From Burkholderiales bacterium (GTDB taxonomy: Bacteria; Pseudomonadota; Gammaproteobacteria; Burkholderiales; Gallionellaceae), in the NCBI GenBank assembly GCA_038210095.1, contig JBBQXA010000001.1:6732-70731 (forward strand): a stretch of DNA of 64,000 nucleotides, read 5' to 3'. Numbering within the stretch: the stretch's first letter is position 1; each line of letters starts with the position of its first letter. The notes under the pieces are model-generated. The model had not been told where the DNA came from and ran no database searches. It saw only the letters and a list, made by a program, of their open reading frames with translations. Positions 28,994-38,458 of this stretch are shown piece after piece. Made by a program: the position numbers and the translations under genes.

Positions 28994-29346
28994 TTGAGCT
29001 CCGTGTACTTTGCGATGTCCAGCGTACGTTTTTTCTCGTACAGCTTGACGGTGTAGGCAAGCATCAACGCCGTTACGCCCAAGCCTATGACAATAGCGGT
29101 CAGCACCAGTGCTTGCGGCACGGGATCAATAGCACGCACTACCGCATCGGCGACAGACACGCTGCCATCAAGTATGGGAGCAGTACGTCCATGCATATAG
29201 CCCACGCTGACGAGTACGATATGCACACCCGTATTAGCGAGACTGAAAGCGACGATCATGCGCAATAGATTGCGATTGGTCAGCGCGCCGTAAATGCCTA
29301 TCAGAATCAGGGCAAAGCCTGTTGTCATTGCAAGGTAGATCATCAC
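28987..29346 (-). CDS. mrpC: Na+/H+ antiporter subunit C (MbxG-like)
   Basis: DPVPQALVLTAIVIG signature. Confidence 0.92.
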   Translation of the reverse strand: MMIYLAMTTGFALILIGIYGALTNRNLLRMIVAFSLANTGVHIVLVSVGYMHGRTAPILDGSVSVADAVVRAIDPVPQALVLTAIVIGLGVTALMLAYTVKLYEKKRTLDIAKYTELKW

Positions 29347-30050
29347 AGCTCCTCCAATTCGGACAGATTTGCCAGCATGGAAGAAAATTCCGCGCCTACC
29401 TTCAGCCCTATAAGGGTATAGATGACGGGGATGACTCCGGCAGATAACAAGTCGCCCAGCGTACCCAGCGGCAGTAAACGGTTATCCAGAAAGCCTCCTG
29501 CAAAGAACATCCCCAGTACGCCGATACCCACGAACAGCAAACCGGAAATGGACTCAACTCCGGCAATTACCTTATGACTGAATTGCTTGAGCGGGTCGGC
29601 TAGTAACAGCAACAACATTCCCGAGGCGACAATAGCGCCGCCCTGAAAACCGCCACCGGGTGTGAGGTGCCCATTCACGAATACATAGATGCCGAGGAGC
29701 AATATCAGCGGAGCCAGATAGCGGCTACCGGTACTAAGCAACTCGCCAACCGGGATGCGCGCAGCGGGAGTGCTAGGCGTATGTGCGAGTAGTCTTCCAT
29801 GTGCCAGAACGAGTCCGACTATGCTGGCGGAAAGGAACAACACTGTGACTTCACCCAAGGTGTCTAGACCGCGATAGGTAACGATAATGGCGGTGACTAT
29901 ATTGGCAGCACCGGTATCTTGAACGGTACGCTCGGCGTAATAACGGGCGGTCTGATTAAGCTCGCTATCCGGTGTATAGCCAACCACGAGCGACGCAAAC
30001 ATCACCCCCGCGCCAACCAGAAATAGCAGCACTACAAATCGTTTAATCAT
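29343..30050 (-). CDS. mrpB: Na+/H+ antiporter subunit B (MbxE/F-like)
   Basis: NIVTAIIVTYRGLDTLGE, GHLTPGGGFQGG; start at MIKRFVV. Confidence 0.9.
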   Translation of the reverse strand: MIKRFVVLLFLVGAGVMFASLVVGYTPDSELNQTARYYAERTVQDTGAANIVTAIIVTYRGLDTLGEVTVLFLSASIVGLVLAHGRLLAHTPSTPAARIPVGELLSTGSRYLAPLILLLGIYVFVNGHLTPGGGFQGGAIVASGMLLLLLADPLKQFSHKVIAGVESISGLLFVGIGVLGMFFAGGFLDNRLLPLGTLGDLLSAGVIPVIYTLIGLKVGAEFSSMLANLSELEEL

Positions 30051-30312
30051 GCTCGACTCCATCCCTCTCCCCGCCACGAATCCGGCTGAGCACAAAGAAA
30101 AACAAAAAGGTGGTGAGTCCGCTGCCAATAGCTGCTTCGGTCATTGCCACATCGGGGGCGGCGAATACCAAAAATAGCACCGAGGCCATCAAACTAACGA
30201 GCCCGGCAGAGAGGATGACAATAGACAAGCTCTTGCTAATAACGGTCATGAAAGCCGCCACGATCATGGTAAGGCACAGCAATATGGTGATACCGGCCAT
30301 TAATGTGCTCAT
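30043..30312 (-). CDS. DUF4040 / MbxD-like antiporter subunit
   Basis: APDVAMTEAAIG signature. Confidence 0.88.
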   Translation of the reverse strand: MSTLMAGITILLCLTMIVAAFMTVISKSLSIVILSAGLVSLMASVLFLVFAAPDVAMTEAAIGSGLTTFLFFFVLSRIRGGERDGVEHD

Positions 30313-30647
30313 GGATTTCTCTCCTGATCTTCCGCCAGCTTATCCACTGAAGTAAGTGGCGATTTAGCCCCGCCACTACGGTGGGCTGCACGGGCAAGCA
30401 CCTGTGATGAAAGCGGGTTGGTAAACAGAATAAAGAGCCCTATCAGCAGTAACTTCAATGCCCATTCCGGTTGCAAACAGGCTGCACCACTGATTGTAAG
30501 CAAGGTTCCCAATGTCGTTGCCTTGGTGCCCGCTTGAATGCGATTGAAGACATCGGGCATACGCACCAGCCCGAGCCCACCGAGAAACAGAAACGCCGCA
30601 CCAAGAACGATGAGCAATCCGCCGAAAATTTCGAGTGCAGTATTCAT
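30309..30647 (-). CDS. mrpG: Na+/H+ antiporter subunit G (MbxC-like)
   Basis: RMPDVFNRIQAGTKATTLG, TNPLSSQVLARAA. Confidence 0.92.
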   Translation of the reverse strand: MNTALEIFGGLLIVLGAAFLFLGGLGLVRMPDVFNRIQAGTKATTLGTLLTISGAACLQPEWALKLLLIGLFILFTNPLSSQVLARAAHRSGGAKSPLTSVDKLAEDQERNP

Positions 30648-30907
30648 TAAAGTCCCCGCTCCAAATAACGGGCAATCACGACAACCCCGAGGAAAGACAG
30701 CAGCGCATAGACGAGCGCCACATCAAGATAAATCCCACGTCCTTCAGCTAGCGCGGCGAGGACGATGACACTGATGCTAATAATAGTCAGCACATCGAAA
30801 GCAACTACGCGATCTGCTGACGAGGGACCCTTGATAAAGCGATGCAAGGCAAACAGGAGGGCGAGGCCAGCCAGAGTTCCAGCCAGATAGATAAACGCTT
30901 CAACCAT
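30647..30907 (-). CDS. mrpF: Na+/H+ antiporter subunit F (MbxB-like)
   Basis: KGPSSADRVVAFD, LDVALVYALLSF; start at MVEAFI. Confidence 0.92.
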   Translation of the reverse strand: MVEAFIYLAGTLAGLALLFALHRFIKGPSSADRVVAFDVLTIISISVIVLAALAEGRGIYLDVALVYALLSFLGVVVIARYLERGL

Positions 30908-31397
30908 ACATAACCTCCAGATATTGCTCGAAGCCAGCAACGATGTTGGCCGTCGCTTCCTCGGTAGTGTGTGCCTCTACCGTAACCCAGTGCACATACA
31001 GCCACTCACCTTCCAACTCCATCGTGAGTGTACCGGGCGTCAGCGTGATGGAGTTTGCAAGCAGCAGCCTTCCCATCCGGCTTTTCAATTTTGTGCGTAC
31101 CTTGACGATGCCGGGATTGAGAGGCAGTGCAGGATTAAGAACCACAGAGGCAAGCTTCAAGTTGGACTTGACCAGCTCCGCCAAAAAGTAAATAACATAA
31201 AGTACTGCCGCAGCAAAGGCCGGCGGCGTCGTACGAAACTCCGAAAATACAGAAAGACTATCGCGGAATAGGAACGAAATAACGAACGCCACAATTAGCC
31301 CAACAACGAGAACATCCATTGCGACTGAAGCATTCAGGATGAGCCAGAACAAAAAAATACTGGCGAACAACAGCGTATAACTGCGCATCTTAGTCAT
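30900..31397 (-). CDS. mrpE: Na+/H+ antiporter subunit E (MbxA-like)
   Basis: ELVKSN, PGIVKV, LANSITLTPGT, LYVHW. Confidence 0.93.
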   Translation of the reverse strand: MTKMRSYTLLFASIFLFWLILNASVAMDVLVVGLIVAFVISFLFRDSLSVFSEFRTTPPAFAAAVLYVIYFLAELVKSNLKLASVVLNPALPLNPGIVKVRTKLKSRMGRLLLANSITLTPGTLTMELEGEWLYVHWVTVEAHTTEEATANIVAGFEQYLEVMYG

Positions 31398-31602
31398 GAT
31401 TTTTGCTCATTAATCGAGAGGGGGAGGCCAACAATAAAATCAGAAAACCAGCTTTAGCCAGCGCCCGACACACCCCAGAAATAGGCGAGTCCATAAGGCG
31501 ATACTAATGCATCGGACTGGAAATAGCCATTCCCATAGGAGCGGAATGCTCACACAACACTATTGCAATGCCGTGACAATTCTATTGTTTGAGGATATTT
31601 AC

Positions 31603-31626
31603 ATAGGGAGGCGAGTGCCTCCCTAT
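31603..31626 (-). terminator. Hairpin after agcS (probable terminator)
   Basis: ATAGGGAGGC-GAGT-GCCTCCCTAT perfect 10-bp stem; weak U tail. Confidence 0.55.
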
Positions 31627-31678
31627 TGCTTAAGTTGCAAATAAAAACCGATAGCGCACCACTTCGCATCTATGCAGT

Positions 31679-33190
31679 TCAGCGCACAATCCCTGCCTCC
31701 CTATCTAACTCTCCGCTCACCAGTTTCGCCCGGTACTCGGCCAGCGCGACTTTGACCTTGCCGCTCAGCAGATACAGGCCGATGAAGTTGGGGAAGGCCA
31801 TTGCTAGCACCAGCAGATCGGTGAAGTCCAGCAGGCTAGCGGCGCTGGCCACGGAAGCGATGACCAGGAAACCCATGAATATGACCTTGTACAGCAACGA
31901 GTAGCGCTCGCCGAACACATATACCCAGCAACGCTCGCCGTAGTAAGACCAAGAAATCGCCGTACTGTAAGCGAACAGCACTACCGACAGCGTCAGTATC
32001 ATCGGAAACCAGTCCGAAACTGTCGCAAAAGCCGCCGACGTCAGGGCCGCACCTTGGCTGGAGGCACGCAGAGCTTCGTATTCCGGTGCGCTGTACACGC
32101 CGGTGATGACGATCACCAGTGCGGTCATGGTGCAGATCACTACCGTGTCGATGAAGGGCTCATACAGTGCGACCAGCCCCTGACGCACCGGATATTTCAC
32201 CGATGCCGCCGAGTGCGCAATCGCGGCGGAACCCAACCCTGCCTCACTGGAAAATACCGCGCGCTTAAAGCCTTGCACGATCACGCCCACCATGCCGCCT
32301 GCTACGGCAATCGGCGTAAATGCTCCCGAGACAATCTTGCCCAATGCATCGGGCACCAATTCGGCATTCCCGGCTATGATCCACAAACAGGCAGATAGAT
32401 AGATAATAACCATACTGGGTACCACGGCCTCGGCCACGTGAGCGATGCGGCGCAGACCACCTATGATGACCAGTCCGACTGCGATCGCCATCAACAAGCC
32501 GTAGGCTATCGGCGTCTCGCGGAAAAACGGAATCACGGACTGTACCGCACCCATGGACTGACTGACCTGAAATGCGCTGCCGGCACCGAAGGAGCCGAGT
32601 ATGGTGAAGATCGCGAACATGACTGCCAGCACCTTGCCGAGTTTTGGTGCGCCATGTTCAGCCAGCCCCTTGGACAGATATTCCATCGCGCCCCCCATCA
32701 AACTCCCATCGGGGCGCACTTCGCGATACATCTGCGCAAGGCTAGCTTCGGTGAACTTGGTGGTCATGCCGAGGAAGCCCGCGACGATCATCCAGAACGT
32801 CGCGCCGGGCCCCCCTATGGATATGGCAATTGCGACACCAGCGATGTTGCCCAGACCGACCGTTGCGGATAGCGCGGTGGACAGCGCCTGAAATGGAGTG
32901 ACTTCACCCTTATCGTCGGCGGTTCGATATTTGCCGCGTATAACCCGGTAGGCGTGACGCATCATGCGCATGTTGACGAAGTTGAAACGCAGGGTCAGGA
33001 ATACGGCACCAACAATCAGCCAAGCCACAATGAACGGCATTGTCGGCTCGCCCGGGAATATATCGAAGAAAATAATCTGAGCTAGAAATCCGTTAATCGA
33101 ATTAAAGACCGCATCAATAGCGACATCTGCTGCCCATGCCTGCTGCGGCAACAATAACAGCCAGACCCAATTGAGGTACTTCATGAACAC
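31679..33190 (-). CDS. Alanine/glycine:cation (Na+) symporter, AGCS family
   Basis: FQALSTALSATVGLGNIAGVA, GGPGATFWM, FSSEAGLGS, EPFIDT, WSYYGE. Confidence 0.94.
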   Translation of the reverse strand: MFMKYLNWVWLLLLPQQAWAADVAIDAVFNSINGFLAQIIFFDIFPGEPTMPFIVAWLIVGAVFLTLRFNFVNMRMMRHAYRVIRGKYRTADDKGEVTPFQALSTALSATVGLGNIAGVAIAISIGGPGATFWMIVAGFLGMTTKFTEASLAQMYREVRPDGSLMGGAMEYLSKGLAEHGAPKLGKVLAVMFAIFTILGSFGAGSAFQVSQSMGAVQSVIPFFRETPIAYGLLMAIAVGLVIIGGLRRIAHVAEAVVPSMVIIYLSACLWIIAGNAELVPDALGKIVSGAFTPIAVAGGMVGVIVQGFKRAVFSSEAGLGSAAIAHSAASVKYPVRQGLVALYEPFIDTVVICTMTALVIVITGVYSAPEYEALRASSQGAALTSAAFATVSDWFPMILTLSVVLFAYSTAISWSYYGERCWVYVFGERYSLLYKVIFMGFLVIASVASAASLLDFTDLLVLAMAFPNFIGLYLLSGKVKVALAEYRAKLVSGELDREAGIVR

Positions 33191-33267
33191 TCCCTGTATT
33201 TTGTTTCAGGCTGGATTAAACCCTGAACTGGCGACCGACTCAAGTAAAGCTCGCCACCGCAAGCAAT

Positions 33268-33300
33268 AAAAAAGCCGGCTTCCGCCAGCTTTTCATTTTT
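33268..33300 (-). terminator. Rho-independent terminator after cytochrome c
   Basis: Minus strand AGCTGGC-GGAA-GCCGGCT followed by a T run. Confidence 0.65.
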
Positions 33301-33316
33301 TCGACTTCGGCCGCAT

Positions 33317-33637
33317 TTACAGCGCCAGAATGAACTTTACCAGCTTCCTCATGACTTCCTGATTCCTACCTAGCTCATCATTGCCTGGCATGGGCATCTT
33401 GCCCCATACACCACTACCGCCCTTCGATACTTTGGTAACCAGCTTGGCTTCAGCTCCTGCATCCCCCTTGTACCTTGCGGCTACATCTTTCCACGCCGGA
33501 CCGACTTTCTTTTTATCAATCTCATGACAGGCGGTACAGTTATGCTGGTGAGCAAGTTCCGGCATATCCGTCGCCATTGCACTGCCTGCAATCATCAAAC
33601 CTGCTGCTACGGTCATACTTGCGATAACAGATTTCAT
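33317..33637 (-). CDS. Class I cytochrome c (c551/c552-like)
   Basis: Signal peptide, CTACH, VGPAWKDVA, GVWGKMPMP. Confidence 0.93.
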   Translation of the reverse strand: MKSVIASMTVAAGLMIAGSAMATDMPELAHQHNCTACHEIDKKKVGPAWKDVAARYKGDAGAEAKLVTKVSKGGSGVWGKMPMPGNDELGRNQEVMRKLVKFILAL

Positions 33638-33702
33638 ATTCTCCCCTCAGATATGTAGCTGAGACTTCCGTGTAACTCAGCCTGCAAAAAGCTCTGCCCA
33701 AA

Positions 33703-33732
33703 ACAACAAAGCCAGCTTGCGCTGGCTTTGTT
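33703..33732 (-). terminator. Rho-independent terminator between cytochrome genes
   Basis: AACAAAGCCAGC-TTGC-GCTGGCTTTGTT 12-bp stem. Confidence 0.75.
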
Positions 33733-33745
33733 GGAAACAGCAGAA

Positions 33746-34060
33746 TTACTTCAGGCCAGCGATGAACTTGGACAAGCTCTCCAGCACTGCATCATCTTTC
33801 TCCATACCGCGAGCTGGCATCTGACCGAAGTTCCAGCCGAACTTACCACCTGCTTTAATGTTAGCCAGAATCTTGCTAGCTGCATCCTTGTCGCCCTTGT
33901 ACTTTTCAGCAACTTGCTTCCAACCTGGGCCGACTTGCTTGCCATCAATCTTGTGGCATGCCTTGCATTTGCCCGCTTCTTTGGGCATATCAGTTGCCAT
34001 TGCGCTGCCTGCAACCATCAAACCTGCTGCTACTGCCATGCTTACGATGATAGATTTCAT
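33746..34060 (-). CDS. Class I cytochrome c, Lys-rich
   Basis: Signal peptide, CKACH, VGPGW, QMPA. Confidence 0.92.
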   Translation of the reverse strand: MKSIIVSMAVAAGLMVAGSAMATDMPKEAGKCKACHKIDGKQVGPGWKQVAEKYKGDKDAASKILANIKAGGKFGWNFGQMPARGMEKDDAVLESLSKFIAGLK

Positions 34061-34205
34061 ATTCTCTCCGTTTTATATGATTAATACACCTGAACAGTGC
34101 GAAGGTTTAACCTTCACGACCGATTCTAAACAACTCCGCCTGCCTTGCAAACCACATTTTGCGACGGTATCTGAGTAACGCCTCAAATCTTATAAGGTTG
34201 ACAGC

Positions 34206-34823
34206 CTATTTAAGCGACAACACAAATCTAGCCAATACCTGACGGTCTGCCTCACTCACTCTGGATTGAGGTGGCATCGCCATGCTTCCCCACACACCGC
34301 TGCCCCCCTTGCCTATCTTGCTTGTCAACATGGCCTCTGCGCCCTTGTCACCGCGATATTTAGCTGCAACATCTTTCCAAGCAGGCCCCACGACCTTCTT
34401 GTCGACCGCATGGCAAACTAAACAGCCGCTCTTCTTCGCCAGCGCGAGCGCCTCGGCTTCTGGCATTACGGCAGATGCTTTCACCTCTGGCTTGACTTCC
34501 GGCGGGGATGCTACGACGGCTGGCGGCACTGGCGTTGCAGGCTTCGCCTCTATAGCGGGCTTGGCTTTGGGGGCAGCTTTAACTGTTGCCGAAGGTGGCG
34601 GTGCGGCAACTTTTTCCATTGCCACAGGCGCCGCAGCTTCAATGGCGGCTATCGGCTCCACAGGCACTTCACTCTGTGCCGGAACAGCCGACTCAAGCGG
34701 TGTGGCTGGGGCCGACACGACTTCCACAGGGGGGGCAGCATGAGTCTCCGGCGGCGTGGTCTCGGGCTGGCAAGCAGCAAGTGCACCCAACAATGACAGC
34801 AATAACATGTTCCGTATATTCAT
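34206..34823 (-). CDS. Lipoprotein cytochrome c with long Pro/Ala-rich linker
   Basis: Lipobox LAAC, roughly 100-aa low-complexity linker, C-terminal CLVCH...GSMAMPP domain. Confidence 0.88.
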   Translation of the reverse strand: MNIRNMLLLSLLGALAACQPETTPPETHAAPPVEVVSAPATPLESAVPAQSEVPVEPIAAIEAAAPVAMEKVAAPPPSATVKAAPKAKPAIEAKPATPVPPAVVASPPEVKPEVKASAVMPEAEALALAKKSGCLVCHAVDKKVVGPAWKDVAAKYRGDKGAEAMLTSKIGKGGSGVWGSMAMPPQSRVSEADRQVLARFVLSLK

Positions 34824-34853
34824 GACATACCTCCCGATTTAGTGATTAAAAAA

Positions 34854-35765
34854 TTAAAACGACTCTGCGCGATAGTCAACAATCAGTGTGTGTCGACAAC
34901 CTGCCGCAACCGTTACCAGATTATCAATGGCATTTGCAGATTCTACACAAACCATTTCACGCCAGCCTTCAGGCTGCCCCATATCGCCCATCTTGTCAGC
35001 CTTTTCAGACCATGGCGTCCATACCACGGTAGACAGGCTTCCCGACTTGGCAACATGAATTCGGCGCTTTAGCTTGTCGTCCTCGATTACACACTCCGTT
35101 GCGCTATTGATGTAAACACGATCTGTCTCACTGGCAAAAGAGATCGCGCCGTCCTGCTTGCGCAGATTGGAGCCGCCGACCTTGTCCCAGTAATCGCAGC
35201 CCTCCAGCCCGTTCACACGCACCGCACCGATATCGCCGATCTGGAAGTAAGTATGCAGCGCCTCGCCAATGACGAAATCACTCGCCCCTGTATTTTCAGT
35301 AGCCAGCTCCATACGCAAGCTCTCGCCCACCACGACTGCCAGATCTACCGTGCAAGCATGAGCCCACTGTGCACGGGTCTTCTCGCTTTCCACCAAGCGC
35401 AGAGTCAAACGGGTCGCGCCATTTGGCTCGCTGCCGGACTCAATTACTTGCCACGGCACCGTGCGCGCATAGCCGTGACCGGGGAATCCGGCCTCGGATG
35501 CATGTGCGCCGAACCACGGCCAGCACACCGGCGCTCCACCACGTATTGATTTTCCCGCAGCCAGCTTCGCATCACGCGACAGCCACACCACCGGAACCGA
35601 TTGACTCTTGGGCTGCCAGCTCATCAGATGCGCGCCCTGCAGGCAAATCGACGCCGTCGCCAGCTTGTTGTTTATTTCCGCAACGATCAGCCCACTACCA
35701 TCCTCGCGAAAGCTCAATTGCCCATTAATGCCAAATTGCGAATTTAATTGTTGTGCAGTGCTCAT
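34854..35765 (-). CDS. D-hexose-6-phosphate mutarotase (aldose 1-epimerase family)
   Basis: QGAHLMSW, IRGGAPVCWPWFG, HGYAR, ALHTYF, VCVE; start at MSTAQQL. Confidence 0.92.
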   Translation of the reverse strand: MSTAQQLNSQFGINGQLSFREDGSGLIVAEINNKLATASICLQGAHLMSWQPKSQSVPVVWLSRDAKLAAGKSIRGGAPVCWPWFGAHASEAGFPGHGYARTVPWQVIESGSEPNGATRLTLRLVESEKTRAQWAHACTVDLAVVVGESLRMELATENTGASDFVIGEALHTYFQIGDIGAVRVNGLEGCDYWDKVGGSNLRKQDGAISFASETDRVYINSATECVIEDDKLKRRIHVAKSGSLSTVVWTPWSEKADKMGDMGQPEGWREMVCVESANAIDNLVTVAAGCRHTLIVDYRAESF

Positions 35766-35807
35766 GCCAGCTTCCCTTTTCAAGTTATTCAATTTATCGG
35801 TAATGCA

Positions 35808-37652
35808 TTATTCAATTTGCGTTACGTCTCGTACCGCCCCCTTATCAGCGCTGGTCACCATCGCAGCGTAGGCTCGCAATGCTACCGACACTTTGCGCTG
35901 ACGCTCGGCGATGGGCTTCCAGGCCTTACTACCTTTGGCGTCCATTGCGGCGCGCCGCCGGGCAAATTGCTCATCCGAAATTACCAGATCGATACGACGA
36001 TTCGGAATGTCGATCTCTATGGTGTCGCCTTCTTCTACCAGGCCAATCGCGCCACCGCTCGCGGCCTCCGGCGAGACGTGACCGATGCTCAAACCCGACG
36101 TGCCGCCGGAAAAGCGCCCGTCCGTCAGCAGCGCACAGGCTTTGCCCATGCCCTTCGATTTCAGATAGGAAGTCGGATACAGCATCTCCTGCATACCGGG
36201 TCCACCCTTGGGGCCTTCGTAGCGTATCACCACCACATCGCCTGCCACGATCTGGTCGGCAAGAATAGCTGCCACGGACGCATCCTGACTCTCGAACACG
36301 CGCGCACGTCCGGTAAATTTCAATATGCTGTCATCCACACCCGCCGTCTTAACAATGCAACCGTCCAGCGCGATGTTGCCATGCAATACCGCAAGCCCCC
36401 CATCCTGTGAATAGGCATGAGCCATATCGCGAATACAGCCGTTAGCACGATCCGCATCCAAATCCGGATACAGCATGGACTGCGAAAATGCGATGGTGGT
36501 GACAATGCCGCCGGGCGCTGAACGGAAGAACTTCTTTACCTCGTCATCGTCGGTCTGCGTGATGTCCCACTTGTTAAGACCCTCGCGCAAGGTTTTGCTG
36601 TGTACAGCGCCCGCATCTCGCAGCAAGCCGGCCCTATCCAGCTCGCCCAGAATCGCCGGAATGCCGCCTGCACGGTGAACGTCCTCCATATGATATTCGG
36701 ACGAGGGCGCAACCTTGCACAGGGTCGGCACATGGCGCGATAGCCTGTCCATATCTTTCATGGTGAAGTCCACCCCTGCCTCGCGTGCGATAGCGAGCAG
36801 GTGCAGCACGGTATTAGTCGAGCCACCCATCGCGATATCAAGCGTCATCGCATTTTCAAACGCATCGAAGGTGGCGATGCTGCGTGGCAGCACCGACTCA
36901 TCGTCTTGCTCGTAATAGCGTTGGCACAATTCAACCACCAAGCGTCCGGCGCGCAGGAATAGCTGCTTGCGCTCGGCATGGGTTGCAACCAGCGAACCAT
37001 TGCCGGGCAACGACAATCCCAGCGCCTCGGTGAGACAGTTCATCGAATTCGCCGTGAACATACCGGAACAGGAACCGCAGGTCGGACAGGCAGAACGCTC
37101 GATCGCATCCACCTCTTCATCGCTGCAATGACTATCGGCGGCAGCAACCATTGCGTCGACCAAATCCAAGCCCTTGATCTTGCCCTGCCAGTTGACCTTG
37201 CCCGCTTCCATCGGCCCGCCCGAAACAAACACCACCGGAATATTCAGACGCATCGCCGCCATCAGCATTCCCGGCGTGATCTTGTCGCAGTTGGAGATAC
37301 ACACCAGCGCATCGGCGCAGTGGGCATTGACCATGTATTCCACCGAGTCGGCGATCAAATCGCGACTGGGCAATGAATACAGCATGCCATCGTGCCCCAT
37401 GGCGATACCGTCATCCACCGCGATGGTGTTGAATTCCTTGGCAATGCCGCCGGCCTTTTCAATCTCGCGCGCCACCAACTGCCCCATATCTTTGAGGTGA
37501 ACGTGCCCGGGCACGAACTGGGTAAACGAGTTGGCAATGGCGATGATAGGCTTGCCGAAGTCGCCATCGGTCATGCCGGTTGCGCGCCACAGTGAGCGGG
37601 CTCCAGCCATGTTGCGGCCATGAGTGGAAGTGCGAGAACGATATTGAGCCAT
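35808..37652 (-). CDS. ilvD: Dihydroxy-acid dehydratase
   Basis: [40 protein letters not shown]. Confidence 0.98.
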   Translation of the reverse strand: MAQYRSRTSTHGRNMAGARSLWRATGMTDGDFGKPIIAIANSFTQFVPGHVHLKDMGQLVAREIEKAGGIAKEFNTIAVDDGIAMGHDGMLYSLPSRDLIADSVEYMVNAHCADALVCISNCDKITPGMLMAAMRLNIPVVFVSGGPMEAGKVNWQGKIKGLDLVDAMVAAADSHCSDEEVDAIERSACPTCGSCSGMFTANSMNCLTEALGLSLPGNGSLVATHAERKQLFLRAGRLVVELCQRYYEQDDESVLPRSIATFDAFENAMTLDIAMGGSTNTVLHLLAIAREAGVDFTMKDMDRLSRHVPTLCKVAPSSEYHMEDVHRAGGIPAILGELDRAGLLRDAGAVHSKTLREGLNKWDITQTDDDEVKKFFRSAPGGIVTTIAFSQSMLYPDLDADRANGCIRDMAHAYSQDGGLAVLHGNIALDGCIVKTAGVDDSILKFTGRARVFESQDASVAAILADQIVAGDVVVIRYEGPKGGPGMQEMLYPTSYLKSKGMGKACALLTDGRFSGGTSGLSIGHVSPEAASGGAIGLVEEGDTIEIDIPNRRIDLVISDEQFARRRAAMDAKGSKAWKPIAERQRKVSVALRAYAAMVTSADKGAVRDVTQIE

Positions 37653-37782
37653 GGTGCATAGTCCAGAAAGTACGGAACGGCAATTCTAAACCACGATGAC
37701 AGGGTGCGCCTCAATTTGCCTGAATCATCTTGAAATTTCAGCGCAACCTTGACGTAGAATAACGCGCGCGCCCTACCTGCTA

Positions 37783-38351
37783 ATGAGGCAGTTCATGAAA
37801 TGGATCCTATTGTTTAGCCTGCTTGGTACATGCGCCTTACTCGCAACTCAGCTGGCCCGCGCCAGCGAATTGCCACAAGCGGGCCAACCCGCGCCCTACT
37901 TCTCGCTGCCCGATCAGAACGGACTTCCACGCAGCTTGGGCGATTTCTCTGGCAAGTGGCTGGCGCTCTACTTCTATCCCAAGGACGACACACCCGGCTG
38001 TACCCGGGAGGCGTGCACCTTTCGCAACGACTTGCATCTCCTGACCGAAATGGGCACTCAAGTAGTCGGCATCAGTGTAGACGACAGCGACAGTCATGAA
38101 AAATTTACCAAAAATTAGCACCTTTCTTTTCCGCTACTGGCGGATGCGCATGGCGAAGTAACGTCACGCTATGGCGCACTGCTCAATATGCGGGTGATAA
38201 AACCAGCACACCGCGATACCTTCCTGATTGACCAGCAGGGTGTAGTGCGCAAAGTGTACGACCAGGTCGATACCAGCAAACATCGCGGGAGGTCATTGCC
38301 GACTTGAGCGCATTGCTAGCGCAAAAATCCCCGAGGGCGAGTATTAGATAA
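37783..38351 (+). pseudogene. BCP/PrxQ peroxiredoxin with signal peptide, disrupted
   Basis: YFYPKDDTPGCTREAC; in-frame TAG at 38116-38118, after which homology continues (HLSFPLLAD...TFLID); second frameshift near 38284 before EVIADL. Confidence 0.8.
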
Positions 38352-38458
38352 TTTTAATAAATTAATCAAATAGCTGCCATATTCGGCACACCGCCCAATT
38401 CCACCAGCCCACACAATTTTCCCTGCGGCACAGCCGCTCTATGTTAAATTCGCACACC

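Noticed and set aside
22587-31397. Calling the operon a NiFe hydrogenase (Mbh/Hyf) or a canonical complex I
   Set aside because: NiFe CxxC motifs are incomplete, quinone-site His/Tyr are missing, there is no nuoA/J/EFG, and no maturation genes are present.
31561-31580. Sigma54 promoter for the Mbx-like operon (TGTCAC-N4-TTGC)
   Set aside because: Lacks the invariant GG and the spacing is one base short.
38116-38118. Programmed TAG readthrough or pyrrolysine in the peroxiredoxin
   Set aside because: A second frameshift lies downstream and the codon is not catalytic; decay or sequencing error is simpler.
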